Assembly: GCA_051294905.1 (NCBI GenBank)
Contig: CM119372.1
Coordinates: 13,890,001-13,954,000 of the forward strand
DNA: 64,000 nt
Direction of reading: 5' to 3'
From: Botryllus schlosseri
Lineage: Eukaryota
Below, piece after piece: positions 41,101-53,799 of this stretch; positions within the stretch are counted from its first letter, which is position 1, and each line of letters opens with the position of its first letter. A program made the translations under genes and the position numbers. The notes under the pieces are model-generated. The model saw only the letters and a program-made list of their open reading frames with translations. It did no database searches and was not told where the DNA came from.

Positions 41101-44087
41101 TTTTTTACATACTTATAAAAAGTTACTTTTACTTCTACTTGAGTAGAAATTGACACCGTTTCTTCTACTTCTACTTGAGTATCTATGGTAAGTACTTTGA
41201 CCACCTCTGATGACGTCACAATGTATATAGCTATGAGCCAACAGCAAGGAATACGTCACAGAACAGACTGTTTTTAGCACTGAAATGCAAAATTTTAAAT
41301 CACAGGTTATGAATAAGTCTTGACGTGATAGAAAAATAGCGACTTCATATTCGTAATCAGCGTACGAAAATTGACATCATATCGTCATCATTTTGGCCTG
41401 AAAGCAAAAATCATGTCGACCAGTGTTATTTGTGTCCATAGGACAGTTAGTGCGTTTGGTGGCGAGTACTGGAATTTCGCCCCTGCACTTCGTGATTAGG
41501 TTGGGAATTGGTAAAATGGAAATGACATATTATTCACGTGATATGAACTGGCATCATGGAATTTGTTCTTATAGTTTAGTTGATTAACAATTATATCAGA
41601 TCAATACAATGAAAAGATAGGACGGTGTTGAAACAACTTGAAGTATAATGTTTGAAACCAGACACTAACCACGAAACTATACGTTTGAGTTTGCCATCTG
41701 ACATCTGACAACTGTCGTACTCGCACAGCGATATTTATGCGTGGTTACATATTATCCGTACGCACGAAGATTTTGATGTTTTTAGATATGCGCATTAAAA
41801 TACCTTACTGCGTCGTCATCAATGACCAACGGCCATCACTTACATCTTACATCACACGGGTACAGACGATATATCATGCTTTCTTTCGGCGCCGTATTGT
41901 AATCAAATTTCCATACGGCAGTAGGCCTAATTTAGCCTAAAACCACTCACTGGGAAATTCATACTACTTTTCATACGTATATTCTCTCTAATCTAATATT
42001 ATCGCAAATTTCTGGCTATATTCTGTTGCTTCACACTTGCTGCAATTCCTGAAATTATTTATGACTTATTTTTACAAAAACAATCTGTTCCGTTATTTTT
42101 TTCTTCATTATCAAGCGCGGTATCACGTTGTCTCCTTAGCATATATATTCTGAATGGTTGCTCTATCTATGTGTGTGTTAGTGGGTTGATTATATATGTC
42201 TGCATATGTAATTAGCTATCGTTGGCATCAAATACTCTTACTCGCGGTGACTGACTCCGAAGACCTCACGACCCCTCGTCGAGTAGGCCTACTTGTATAC
42301 ATAGCAATTTTATGATATATCTTTTCTCCTTGTTTCTTGGTGTGGAGAGTAAAAACCTATCTATATATCGATCTATCTGTGCAAGCGGATATCGCATAAG
42401 AATTTCGTGAAACATGTTATTGTTGATTCAATCAAAATTGCGATCTCACAAAGGGACGAACCGGAGTGATTAGCTGACGGTTGGAGTGAGAATTATCAAA
42501 TTCCGACAAACGTAGCGCAGGAGCTCTCGGAATGCTGATATAGCGATCGGAGGGTCGATCGTGAAATTCGTACTTGTAGTCCACGTGACAACCAAAGATT
42601 TGACGCCTGCATACTATCATTCATCCCGCCTATTTGATTGATATTGACGCCAGTCAGTTGGATTATTTTTTTAACTCCGAGGTCACAGCCTAACTGTATA
42701 TTCGCAAACAACTATACCACGTGTTGTGTGACGATGGCAAACTTGTCGGTAAGTTACGCCAATTCTCAGCTTTCATTTTGTTCTGCAACAGACTCCCATC
42801 GCACTCCGGTCGCACCAGATCTTTTAATATCCATCGCAATTTCAAAATGGCGCAGGCATTTGTATTACAGCGGCTTATAGTGGTGATAGTGGTATATGAT
42901 AGTGATAGTCCATCCGTTTTGTGATACACATACACCGGGACTGTGGCACAGAAGCTCCACTGCTGCATGTAATTTTCTGCGCCACTGCCATTATATGAAT
43001 ATGATATGTGTCCAACATTCAACGGATCGAAAACATAATACTGCGATTTTAAAAACTGTTCAAGTCTAAGTATTAATTAAATATAATCGATGAATTTTGC
43101 AATGCAGTTCAAACATACTTGGTTAGTACCTCAGACACCCCCCCATCGCGTTTGATGTAGGGAATTCTCCGTTCCAAGCTCTAGAATGCGGCATATGCGC
43201 TATGATGTCATATTATTATGTGGCCTTCGACTACAATGACACGAAATATACGCGGGTTTCTTGAACTCCTTGGGGTATTTCGTCCCAGCTCTTTCGATAC
43301 AGTCTAACCAGTTAAATTACTGGAAGTCCCCTGTAGGCCGGTTTCGTGTTTCGCTATTTCGTAATCAAATAATTCCACCCGATCGAGTCTGACTTCCAGT
43401 TGATTGTTTCACACCTGGGGCAACATCATCCCAGAATACGGAATGTCGCCTTGGTGCTATAAAGTTTCGAGTAGCGCTCGTATCAGCGAAGCCTATTTCA
43501 TCGCGATATTTCAGATAGCAGAAATGATGTTTTTTTATAAATAATTTATTGTCTTCTGGTAAAGCATAGACATTTGAAGAATGGAACAAATTACAAAAGT
43601 GAAGATAGATGAAATAAATCTCGGAAATAGTTTTAAACATGATGCGTATTATACATAATTATTTATAAATATATCTGTAGTTAAAAACATATTATCAACA
43701 CATTCGTAAGTCAAGCTAGTCTATAGACGCGCATCACAGTTCCAAAAAACGAATATCTCAATATATATGTAAATAAACGATGACAATTTAATTCTAAAGA
43801 TGCATTGCCCCAGAACACATTTAGTATAATATGTGGTCAATCACCGACTCAAAATAAAGGCAACGAAAAAAGTGATCCGATTAGCTGATATTGTTTGATA
43901 CGATTTTCCGAATAACAATGTTCCGTCGACATCACGTCATTAATAGCTATTCTTCAAAACTTAATCGTATCTACCTGAAGACAAGGTGGAATTATTAATG
44001 GTTACAAAAAACATTACAAGATGCAAGATCGCATGATGCTGGGAATGCAGTGGGATACTGGAATGTAACGAAATACTGGTATCACGT

Positions 44088-45495
44088 CTAAATAAATCCA
44101 ATCATACAGTGACAACCAATCGTTATGACATCGACATCTCTAATGTTGTAGTTCGCGGTGCCGACATTCTCCCGATACCAGAAAATGAACTTCGTCATTA
44201 CAGCTTTTGACTTCAATGAGACACCGTTCATGTGCAATGTTTCCTGTCTCGTTCCGGGATTTATGCAGCCTTCGCAGAGACACCGGCGCTGTGCGATGTA
44301 GTTGGGAAACCTTGAGAAAGAGAATAAGCGACTCATGATTACTATTATTCGAGAAGGCTAACTTTAAGCGTGCTACGCAGCGTATTTTATGACCTGCGAA
44401 ATATTTGGGACGAGTTCTATCGTTAGTGCTGTAAGTGATTAACTGGTAGCCTACTGAGGCCTATCACTCTGTGCTGCCTGCAAGCTACTCGCGGTAATGG
44501 TTAAATCGACTTATACCTTTACCTTTGTCTTTTGACAAATGTTGTTTCACAGACCAGTAGAACCACTTATCACTTGCATATAGTTTTCAACGTATACACG
44601 ATTTTGAAAGGTGTCCATTAAATATAGGCCCCCTGCAGCCTCTGACAATCACAACGCGGCCTAAAAAACTGGTACAGAATATGTCATACGTTACGCTTCG
44701 TACCTCAAGGGGTTGTATTCTAAATCGGTGCTGTAAGGTGATAGACTTGTGCTTCCACTCAAGTCTCGCTGCCGCTGCATCAAATCGTCCGATAATCTGG
44801 GGCACTCGGTCGCTGATCGGCGAGTCCGACGATCGCGTTGATAATATCTCAATCTTGCTTCTTCTAGCTGCTGCGGGACAGCTTTTCGAATCAAGGCCAA
44901 GGATTCGCGCATCACGCCAGTTCGCATCATCAATTCGCATTCCCTCCTAGTTAGTACGATACACGTTGCAGTACATTGTCGAAAATTATGCATACGCATG
45001 TTTGAAACTCCATAACTATAACACACGGAGCATGAGAGTGTACGTTGTAAGCCTTATAATGACAGTAGCCATCATGCAATTCGGGAATTGTCATAGCTAT
45101 TGCATTGCGATCGGATAAAAAAACAAAGGCAATAACACGTTTACCAGTATAGAGCTTCCATGAAATGTATCCTGTACATAGAGCAGGTAAATTAGCTGAC
45201 TGATGTGACATACAACAGCCACAGCAGTAGCACCGAACATCAACAACAACAACCGACGATCGAATGACAATTCCAACCCATCAAATCACACTAGACTAAA
45301 TGGTACTCACAACAACTGCTTCGTCTCTTCACGAGATTCACCCACGATTCCTTTGCATCGATATTGTCTCGTTGCGGCATGCGCGGACTCAAAACGAAGT
45401 TTTCTGGATACTCTCCAGTCCATCGGAATAGCCGCGGTACAAAGTGAAATAAGAAAATCGGAGAGTAGGAAATGAAATATAGCACTCGTTTTCAT
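44088..45495 (-). CDS. IL17: Interleukin-17 family cytokine, paralog 3 (3 coding exons: 45495-45311, 44946-44704, 44310-44088; 216 aa)
   Basis: Junctions TT|GTGAGT..AACTAG|G and AG|GTACGA..CTCAAG|G give a 651-nt frame. Signal MKTSAIFHFLLSDFLISLCTA and motifs CP..SLSPY..NPLRFP..CLCEGC..GCHC. Phase-2 introns as in paralogs 1 and 2. Confidence 0.92.
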
Positions 45496-45554
45496 TGTTT
45501 GGTGTCTTGCTTGCTTGGTGGTGACTGATAAGATTCATTAGCCTTATGTGCGTT

Positions 45555-45562
45555 CTTATATA
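45555..45562 (-). promoter_or_regulatory. TATA box of IL-17 paralog 3
   Basis: TATATAAG on minus strand ~60 nt upstream of ATG 45495. Confidence 0.55.
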
Positions 45563-46644
45563 CTGCATTGCTAGAGTATAGAGACCTCACGTATTCGAGA
45601 GAGAACTAAACCACGATTAAATTTCTGCTACTCGATATTACGACAGCCGCAATTAGCTTGAAAATATATCGTACATTAGGCGTACTCTATATTTGGACAT
45701 TGGGAGGCAGAATTCTGGGATAAAAGCCAATTATAGATCAGTTCTATAATAGACAGTTTCTTCTGTTCCGCATTTATCCATTAGCCACGCTCGTTAGTTT
45801 CTTTGCTGTATCAATTTAGCTTTAGCTGATGCGATACCGTGTCGCTACCATGCAGATGTGCCTTCGGCAAAGCAAAATGAATTTCTCAACAACTACTCTT
45901 CTATTACAAGAGCTTGTTGAAAGCTTCTTATATTACAAGACACGGTTGCATCGTGTGGTTAAAAATTGTGAAAGTCTCCAATCGAAATTAGCAAACTTAG
46001 TCTGGATCACTCGGATCAATATACTATCAATTAATTATTATTACATTAATTTTATCACTTGGGTGATATCTCGGTTGCACGTACGATGTCCTATCATGTG
46101 CCAGAGTGCCAGGCAAACGGTGATGTTTCCTTCTCCGCACATAATATCTTAGGGACATAGTGGAATGGTAGGTCTACCGCTCGTGAAAATATTTAAGCTG
46201 TAGTTCGAATACGTTCACTACCTAAGGATAATGACAGCTGGCTGCCGCCATCATCTTTTTCACATTCTCAGTCAAAATTTTAGACTACGTCATATTTAGG
46301 CAGCAGTGATTGCAATTACAATAAAGTTACAAACACAATCACAATTACCTCAAAATATGTTGAAAAATAATAATATTATGTCGAAACGTAGCAAGTAGAC
46401 TAGCTGTCTAACATGGTTAAATTGGTTATCGCTAATGACGTATACAATTCAAATGCGCCAAATGATACTGTACAATTAAAATAATTTAGTTCATATGACT
46501 AGTGAATTAATTTGCATCGGGCTATTTTAACCAGTCTTGTCAGTTCTATTAGAACCGCGATGGCATATTCGCTGACTAAAGTACAAGATGTATACCTCTC
46601 CGTGTTGTCATATAGCCTAGTTAGTCACAGGGTAAGCAATAGAC

Positions 46645-47566
46645 CAGTGGGTCTCAACCTTTTTGTCTTCGCGGATCCCTTTTGGACCGTCACGGACCCC
46701 GCGAACGGCGCGAACCCCTCTAGTTTTCGTTACAAATTAGCTCAATTATCGTGCAACCGTCTTCTACCTTGCGAATAATAATTGTAGGCAAGTGATAAAC
46801 AGCCACAAAATGACTTTTCTAAAAATTAACATCACACTAGATGTAGAAATTGGGTAGACCTTTTTTTATTTCGAAGCGAATTTTGCAGCTGTATTTTTTG
46901 TCTTGAAAATCCACGTCTTCGATTTGATATGAACGAGTGCAGAAAATCCATTCCCACAAAGATACATGCTGGTGGCGGAAGTATATTACCGCGTAAGGCA
47001 TCCGATGACAGTTTTTAGTGTGAGTTTTTAATGAACTTATCACGTCCGGCCTAGTCATCTCTATCCAGCATCTCATCTTGAAGTTGTTCAGTGGATAAAA
47101 CAGAATAAAATGGATTTCGTGGCGAGGTTTCAATTCCTTCATTGGGGCAGATTAGGAAAAACATTCAAGAACTTCTATTTTAAACGACCGTTTACTAATT
47201 TGCTGAGACTGACAACTCCATATCCCAAATGTTTTGCAAAATTTCGAAGTCACGCTGTTTGACCTTGCTATCTCCAACATTTCATTTTTCCACAAATCCC
47301 AACAAAGCATCCCTAACAAGCAATATGTTTGCATCGGCAGGCTATTGGCAATTGAAATGAGTTTGCATAGTCGGATATTTAATCTCATACAACCATTTTA
47401 ATAATACGAGCCCGAAAGTTTTAGCAATTATAATACGAAACTGTTTCATGCTTTCCCTAATTCATATAATTACAATTTAGGTTATGAATCCTTTTACAAA
47501 TTAAGACGTTTCGCGGACCCCCTGAAAATGCTTCGCGGACCCCCAACCCCCGGTTGAGAACCACTG
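46645..47566. mobile_element. Charlie/Buster-type MITE
   Basis: TIR CAGTGG(G/T)TCTCAACC; perfect TSD caatagac. Confidence 0.85.
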
Positions 47567-48991
47567 CAATAGACACTTTCACCTTCGAATACGCCTGTCT
47601 TTAGAATTGGCCTGTGCCGCCTGATGGCCTGATGACGCCATAGGTTTGCTCGTTTACCACAAACTTTATATAAAAGTACGAGTTCGCACGAACAGCATCA
47701 GCTTATTAATATTTTCATCATTTCAAAACACCACAAAAACTGCGATACAATGAAAAGATATGAAGGTGCCGAAACGACTTGGAGTAGTCTTTGAGATCAG
47801 AAATCACCTTGGCGTTGGCCAGGCGAAGTAGAGAATAGGCATGCACAGTTGCACACTAGGGTTATGACTAGAAAAAAAATTTCAAAATTTTGTGTGTCCT
47901 GTAGTCACAAATGATGAGCTTTTGTGTCCTGATTTCAAAACTCACAAAAGTTAAGACTGTTTGAACAAAAACCTCCCGCACAAATATGTTCCAGTTTTCA
48001 CTGTATTGAGGTTAGGCTTTCTTTTGTAGATACAGACTATATAATTTATATATCGACTGATTTGAATTTAACGGACCCAATTCCAATTGCGAAGATTTAA
48101 AATAGTATTTTGGTACATTTTGATCGCCCAGATTGAATTATTCCTATCGTGTTCTTGTTTACAGTCAATATTAAATAATTAATAAATAATTATTAATTCC
48201 GATTTTAGATGTAGACTGTATACATCGTATAATTTCCATTTGTCTGGCACAAATCAAACTGGGTGTTCGAAAAGGCGAAAGTAGAACAACTCTAGGTATT
48301 TTCATCGGTCTAGAAAACCGCTTAGAAGAATATGATGTACAGGAAAATTCGAAAATCTCATATATCATATGTGGCACCGTAGCATCTGTTAATACTGGAC
48401 GGCAGAATGGCGTTGTTTCAAAACTGCGAAATGCAATGATGAGCATGGGTTTTCATATCCCTTGCCAACATCATATTATCGATTCTTAAAGCATATATTA
48501 GAGTTCTTCGGTCCAACGTCTTCAAGAAATCCAACTCTCAGCTACAAATTTGGAGATGATGTGGTAAAACACTATGAAAACTAGGTGCAATCCACCAAGC
48601 ACGAATTTCAGACGAAAATATTAGAAAACCGAGGATGTAGGGATGATTTTAAGTTTATCTATGGCATGTGCAGAACATGCCGTTTTTTCAAAGAAAATAG
48701 TATAGATTACCACTGATCAAATGGCATAAACTTCCATCTCTACGCAATGCAAGAGGGTGCTCAAGGGCCATTATTGCGTACTTCCACTTCCCCAGATAGA
48801 GAATAACTCTGGAGATGCTTATTTATCGCAAATGCGTGTCAGGAAGACTGGTATTCATCATCATCATCATTGGTTTATTAGCAATTTTATCAGTTCAATA
48901 CACCACAAAAATGCGATACAATGAAAAGACAGGAAGATGTCGAAGCGACAAGGAGTAGTCTATGGAATCTGACACCCACCTTGGCCTAGGG

Positions 48992-49729
48992 CAGGGGTTC
49001 TCAAAGGGTGGGCCATGGCCCACTGATGGGCCACAGGAACATTTGCGGTGGGCCACAGAGTTATTAAGAAAATTTTAGAATTAATGTTAGTTTAGTTATA
49101 TTTGGTATGTTAATCGCTAAAAATATATTCATATTATCAAATTATACGTAGGTTACCTAAAGCGTTTCATCCGACTCTGATGAGTCGTAGTGGCACGTAT
49201 GGAGTCAGCATGTACAAGTCCAAAACGGGAAGGAGAAACGGCGGCTTTTTCCACTGGCTATGACAACCTAACCAAAAACTGGCTATGACAACCCAACCTA
49301 AAATCCCAATCACACAGTGGATACGAGGATTTGATCATTGTGTTTCGCGATGCGAATGGAGCAGCGGACGATCATAATATACACACAAGTTTTAGCCTAT
49401 GATCTACCAAGGCCGTAACTGCTGCACCCAAACCCCCAATTGCAGGACTTTGAAGGGGCCCAAGAGTATTTCGTTGGTCGTTTGTTGGAGGATATTTATT
49501 CGACTTGAAAATTTTCGTCGCGCTTCGCGCGATTTCATGGGCCGAAAGGTCTACATTTAAATATCATCAGTAAATCAGAAAAAATGCGCATATTTTAGAG
49601 AAATAGGCATATCGGTGCCATCGATTACCACGCATTGAACAGGATTATGAATCCAAGATAAGAGGTGGGCCACAGCACATTTTCAAACCGGAAAATGGGC
49701 CACGGCCAAGAAAGGGCTGAGAACCCCTG
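48992..49729. mobile_element. Buster-type MITE
   Basis: TIR CAGGGGTTCTCA; TSD gcctaggg; TGGGCCAC subterminal repeats. Confidence 0.85.
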
Positions 49730-49744
49730 GCCTAGGGCCTAGGC

Positions 49745-52350
49745 CAGTGGTACTCAACCTTTTTCACCTCGCGGACCGGTAAAATTTCAAAAGATATTTG
49801 GCGGACCGGTGAACCTTAAAATTGAAATCAACCCCAAATGTAATGTATCCAGCCGTTTTCCTGCAAGTGTGGTACTAGAGCAGGGGTTGCCAACCTTTTT
49901 GCTATTCACGGCCGCATTTCGATTACTTATACGGCCTACGGCCGCATTCCAGGGCCTAGTCGCAAAGAACTAACTGGACACCATACCCCTGTTAAACTGT
50001 GCATGTCCATGTCCATTTCTGGGGATTTCCGGACTAATCTACCTTTTCATATCATCTTACTGTAGTCATCGAAATCGCTACATAGTGGTAATGTTATGAA
50101 TAGGGCCATTTAAAGTCATTAAAGTCATATTTTTTTCTATGCATCAGTAAGCCGTGAAATTAATTTTAACGCGAAAACCACGGCCCTAGGGGGTAGATTA
50201 AGAAAGTTATAAAGTCATATAAAGTCATATTTTCCCGGTCAGGTCATATTTGAGTTATAAAGTCATATTGTTGTATACTTTAAATAAAACGTGCCAATTT
50301 AAGCGGTGAAGCAATTAAGCACTAAGAAAGTGAGGCAATTTCTGATTGAACGAAGGCAAGCTGTAAGGTTAGCTTACATAACATAGCAGTCACAGACCTA
50401 TGAGGTCACACATTTCATTATGAGTAGGACTGAAGTAGGACGTCATTTGAAGTTCAGTCAGTGGGTAGGCAGGCTAAAGAGCGCTATCTGGGTCAACTTA
50501 TAAAATAGTATTTACGGTATGGGCACCACTATAATAAATAGTCGAAGAATTGGTCACCGAAATATGCCTCCACTACAACAATATTTCAAACTTGATACTG
50601 GAAATGGAAAGTTGTACGTACACTATCAGAGAGGCTAATGCTGATCTAAATGCCCTTGATTTCAGAATAGATCCGCTTGAGCTCAAAAATTACATTAAGA
50701 AGTGATTGGACAAAAACGACATGAAACAAATTATGGAGCTGCAAAGGCAAGACATTTCACCAGCGCTGTATGCAAACCTGCAGAAATGTCAACCAACATC
50801 AGCGTCTGTGGAGCGCTCATTTTCCTTACTAAAGTCATTTTTACGTCCAAATTGTCACTTTAAAGACTCCAACATTCCACACTACATGAAATTGTACTAC
50901 AACAGTGGTTTAAAATAAAGATGGATGCGTATTACTGTTATGTTGTGTATGTATTACTCGTCAGTTCCATGAGTGACGTTGGTTACATGTAAAAATACAC
51001 TATTTTAACATAAAGTCATATAAAGTCATATTTTCCATAAAATAAAGTCATATAATTGATTTTTTAAGGTCATATAAAAATGGCCCTAGTTATGAATAAC
51101 AACTGTGATCGGTTATGGTCGCGCCACGCGCGAAATTTCTTTCAGATTTATGAATGAATTTCGACAAGTTTCACGTATTACTATGAAATATTTATCCTTT
51201 CTCAACCAAAGTGATCAGATTCATCGGTAGAGTTGATGGAGAGAGTGTTTTGTAAAATTTAGAGCAAATGGATGCATCTTCGGGTGAACCAATTGTTAGT
51301 ATAGTCACTTTGGGAAGTGTTGTTACTTCTTGACCTCCCATAAGGATTGTCGGTGTAGTGGAAAGATAGTGGAATCTCCAAAATGTACCAGAAACAAATT
51401 TCTTTCGTGATGAGCGTACGATTCCAGAGTGTTATTTCTATATAGGGTGCATGATTTTCCTCCGCTGTTCCCAACTGTACTGTGGGGCTCAGATTGCAAC
51501 GGGCGCTACGACTACATTAAAATCGAAAAATGAAGTCGCATTGAATCGCGCATAGCGCGGAGAAAATTTCAAGATTAAATAAAATATCTAAAAAGTTCGG
51601 GAGACAATTCGTAAATTCAATTTTTATGTCTACGGCCGCCGACACATGCTAATTTAATTACGGTCGCAGGTTGGCCACCCGTGTACTAGAAAGTGAAATT
51701 GTGAGGGTTTTGTTCGTAATTAAATATGTTTAAGATGGTATTCATTTGATTTTACGGTAGTGTCTGCTGAGTGCTGAGTCGAGCTAAAAGTGACTTGCCC
51801 AGATAAACATGGCTAATTTCGAGCCGACGGCCGTGCATTAACCGACCGGGCAAACTGCATGGAATAACATTCTTCTCTCTGACAATAAACAGAGATGAAG
51901 CGTTTTGGAGTAGGACCAAGCACTTTGTCGAGCTATCTTGCTCATTTCCCACAACTATCATACGTAGCCACCTACGAATACAATGCGCCGCACAAAAACG
52001 CCTGATTACAGCGATACCTGGCCAGTAGCCACGCACAAAATTAATGAATCAAGAACGAATGATCGTAGGATTCCGCGGTTTAGCGACTCAGCTCTTAGTA
52101 GCGAGTCGCATGTCGTCACCGGAGACAGCTTGAACTTTAAGTCAAATCGAACATGTTTCCGGGACTAATCTTACCTCACGAAGTTCTGCATCAGTTTAAA
52201 ATTTGACGTTTTAGTTATTTTAGTAATGGGCAAGCCTTCAACATTTTGCATCTTGAAATTAAGGTATAAAATCTAAATATACCCCGCGGACCGGCAGAAA
52301 AGTCGTCGCGGACCGGCACCGGTCCGCGGACCGGCGGTTGAGAACCACTG
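49745..52350. mobile_element. Buster-type element containing nested element 49881-51683
   Basis: TIR CAGTGGT(A/T)CTCAACC; perfect TSD gcctaggc; inner element TSD tactagag/tactagaa. Confidence 0.85.
50101..51088 (+). mobile_element. Internally deleted hAT transposon retaining the transposase C-terminal (dimerisation) coding fragment 50706-50918
   Basis: TIR TAGGGCCATTT; perfect TSD gttatgaa; AAAGTCATAT subterminal repeats; peptide PTSASVERSFSLLK..F...N...YMKLYYN. Confidence 0.85.
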
Positions 52351-52478
52351 GCCTAGGCGATGTAAAGAGGAGGCATGCACAGTGCACACTGAATGAAAGT
52401 AAAGAAGATAGTATAGAAAAAGAATGCGACAAGAAATAGGGCGGCATGTCTAACCAGATGTCTAAAGATGGAATATAC

Positions 52479-52897
52479 TAGAGCCCGACCAATTATCGGC
52501 TCGCCGATAATATCGAGACGATATCACACTTTGAAAGAATTATCGGTATCGGCCATTGGAGCTGAATAATTAACAGCAATTTGCGTGTGACGTCATGACA
52601 TGGCGGAAGGAAGTCAGAAACTATAATCTTTGATCGCTAGACTGAGAATATTGATATATTTCATATAGCTTACACTTTACAGGTGTCTAGATGCAGCCTT
52701 TCTAGTTCATTTCATATTCAAGTATAACAATGGCTGTAAAGATGTTCAAATAAATGCCCTCTGAAGATTTGAGAATGTGCTTATGTATACATTCAACTTC
52801 TTTTGAATATCGGCTGAATGTATTGGGGTTATGGGCTACGATGTGAGATATTGGTTTTATCGGTATCGACCCAAAATCCAATATCGGTCGGGCTCTA
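52479..52897. mobile_element. hAT-like MITE
   Basis: TIR TAGAGCCCGACC; perfect TSD gaatatac; related fragment at ~28310-28392. Confidence 0.85.
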
Positions 52898-53799
52898 GAA
52901 TATACCAAAGATTATTTGCTGCTATCTTTGCGGTCTAATGTCCTGCAGCGATAAAGTTGCCCCAAAACTCCGTTGGAAGTCGGATATGTCCGTCGTAGAT
53001 GTCCCTGGCACCAACATAATAACAGAGAGGGAAGTCAAATTGATGGATGAATTTTACAAGAAGTGCAAAAGGACATATATTTGAAGATTAAATTTGTAGC
53101 AAAGAATATCTTTGAATTTTAAATTTTTTCCATATTTGAACCAGTGTCGAAAATTGATGTTAGTTTGTGCGGGACATTTTTTTCGATTTGAACAAAATGA
53201 TTATAATTTTATTAATTTATACCAAAATGTTCATCAATTCCTGCTACAGGCAAAATTTTTTTTTTTAGTGATAACCCTAATGCACACACTGTAGCATACC
53301 GCTGGTCCTTTTAATCCATTGTCCCTAGTTAACGCCAGGTATCTGTTATGAAGGAAATATACTATGCTTGTACTAGGATTTGACCATATGACAACTATTA
53401 TAACTGTACTATCTCTTCTAGTGTCGCTAAAGCTTAGTAACCATTGTTGTACGCTAAACATAAGTTCTACCTTTTTCATATCACTAGTAGTTTACAAACC
53501 CGTTTCTAATTGGCTCATTAAGTTTCACGATTACATGCATTGTTACGCCTTTTCGGGTGTAAAAACCCACGTTTTCTCTGTTGCGGCCCTTGAGATGTGA
53601 GATTCACCTCAGCGCCTGACGTACTATTCTCTGCAATACATCAGACTGAGTTAACTCGTGTGAGTTAAGGAATCAACGCCTAAGACAGCAAGCTACCAGC
53701 AAGTCGTTCAGCTACCTACTGCTCCAGCACGACACAGCCTTACTGTTACATGATGCCATTGAGTTCGGTAACACAGCTCACTGTTACAACACTAAATGA

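Larger units (their letters stand above)
48854..52450 (-). mobile_element. LINE 3' UTR (pieces 48854-48990 and 52351-52450) interrupted by stacked hAT elements
   Basis: (TCA)n tail and UTR are the reverse complement of 12830-13058; broken at GCCTAGGC. Confidence 0.75.

Noticed and set aside
42432..43022. Overlapping minus-strand ORFs with Cys and Trp residues
   Set aside because: Frames do not join and no family motif was recognised.
13570..52600. Scattered TGACGTCA sites as evidence that the neighbouring CREB regulates the IL-17 cluster
   Set aside because: The word is frequent across the window and often inside transposons, so it is not specific evidence.
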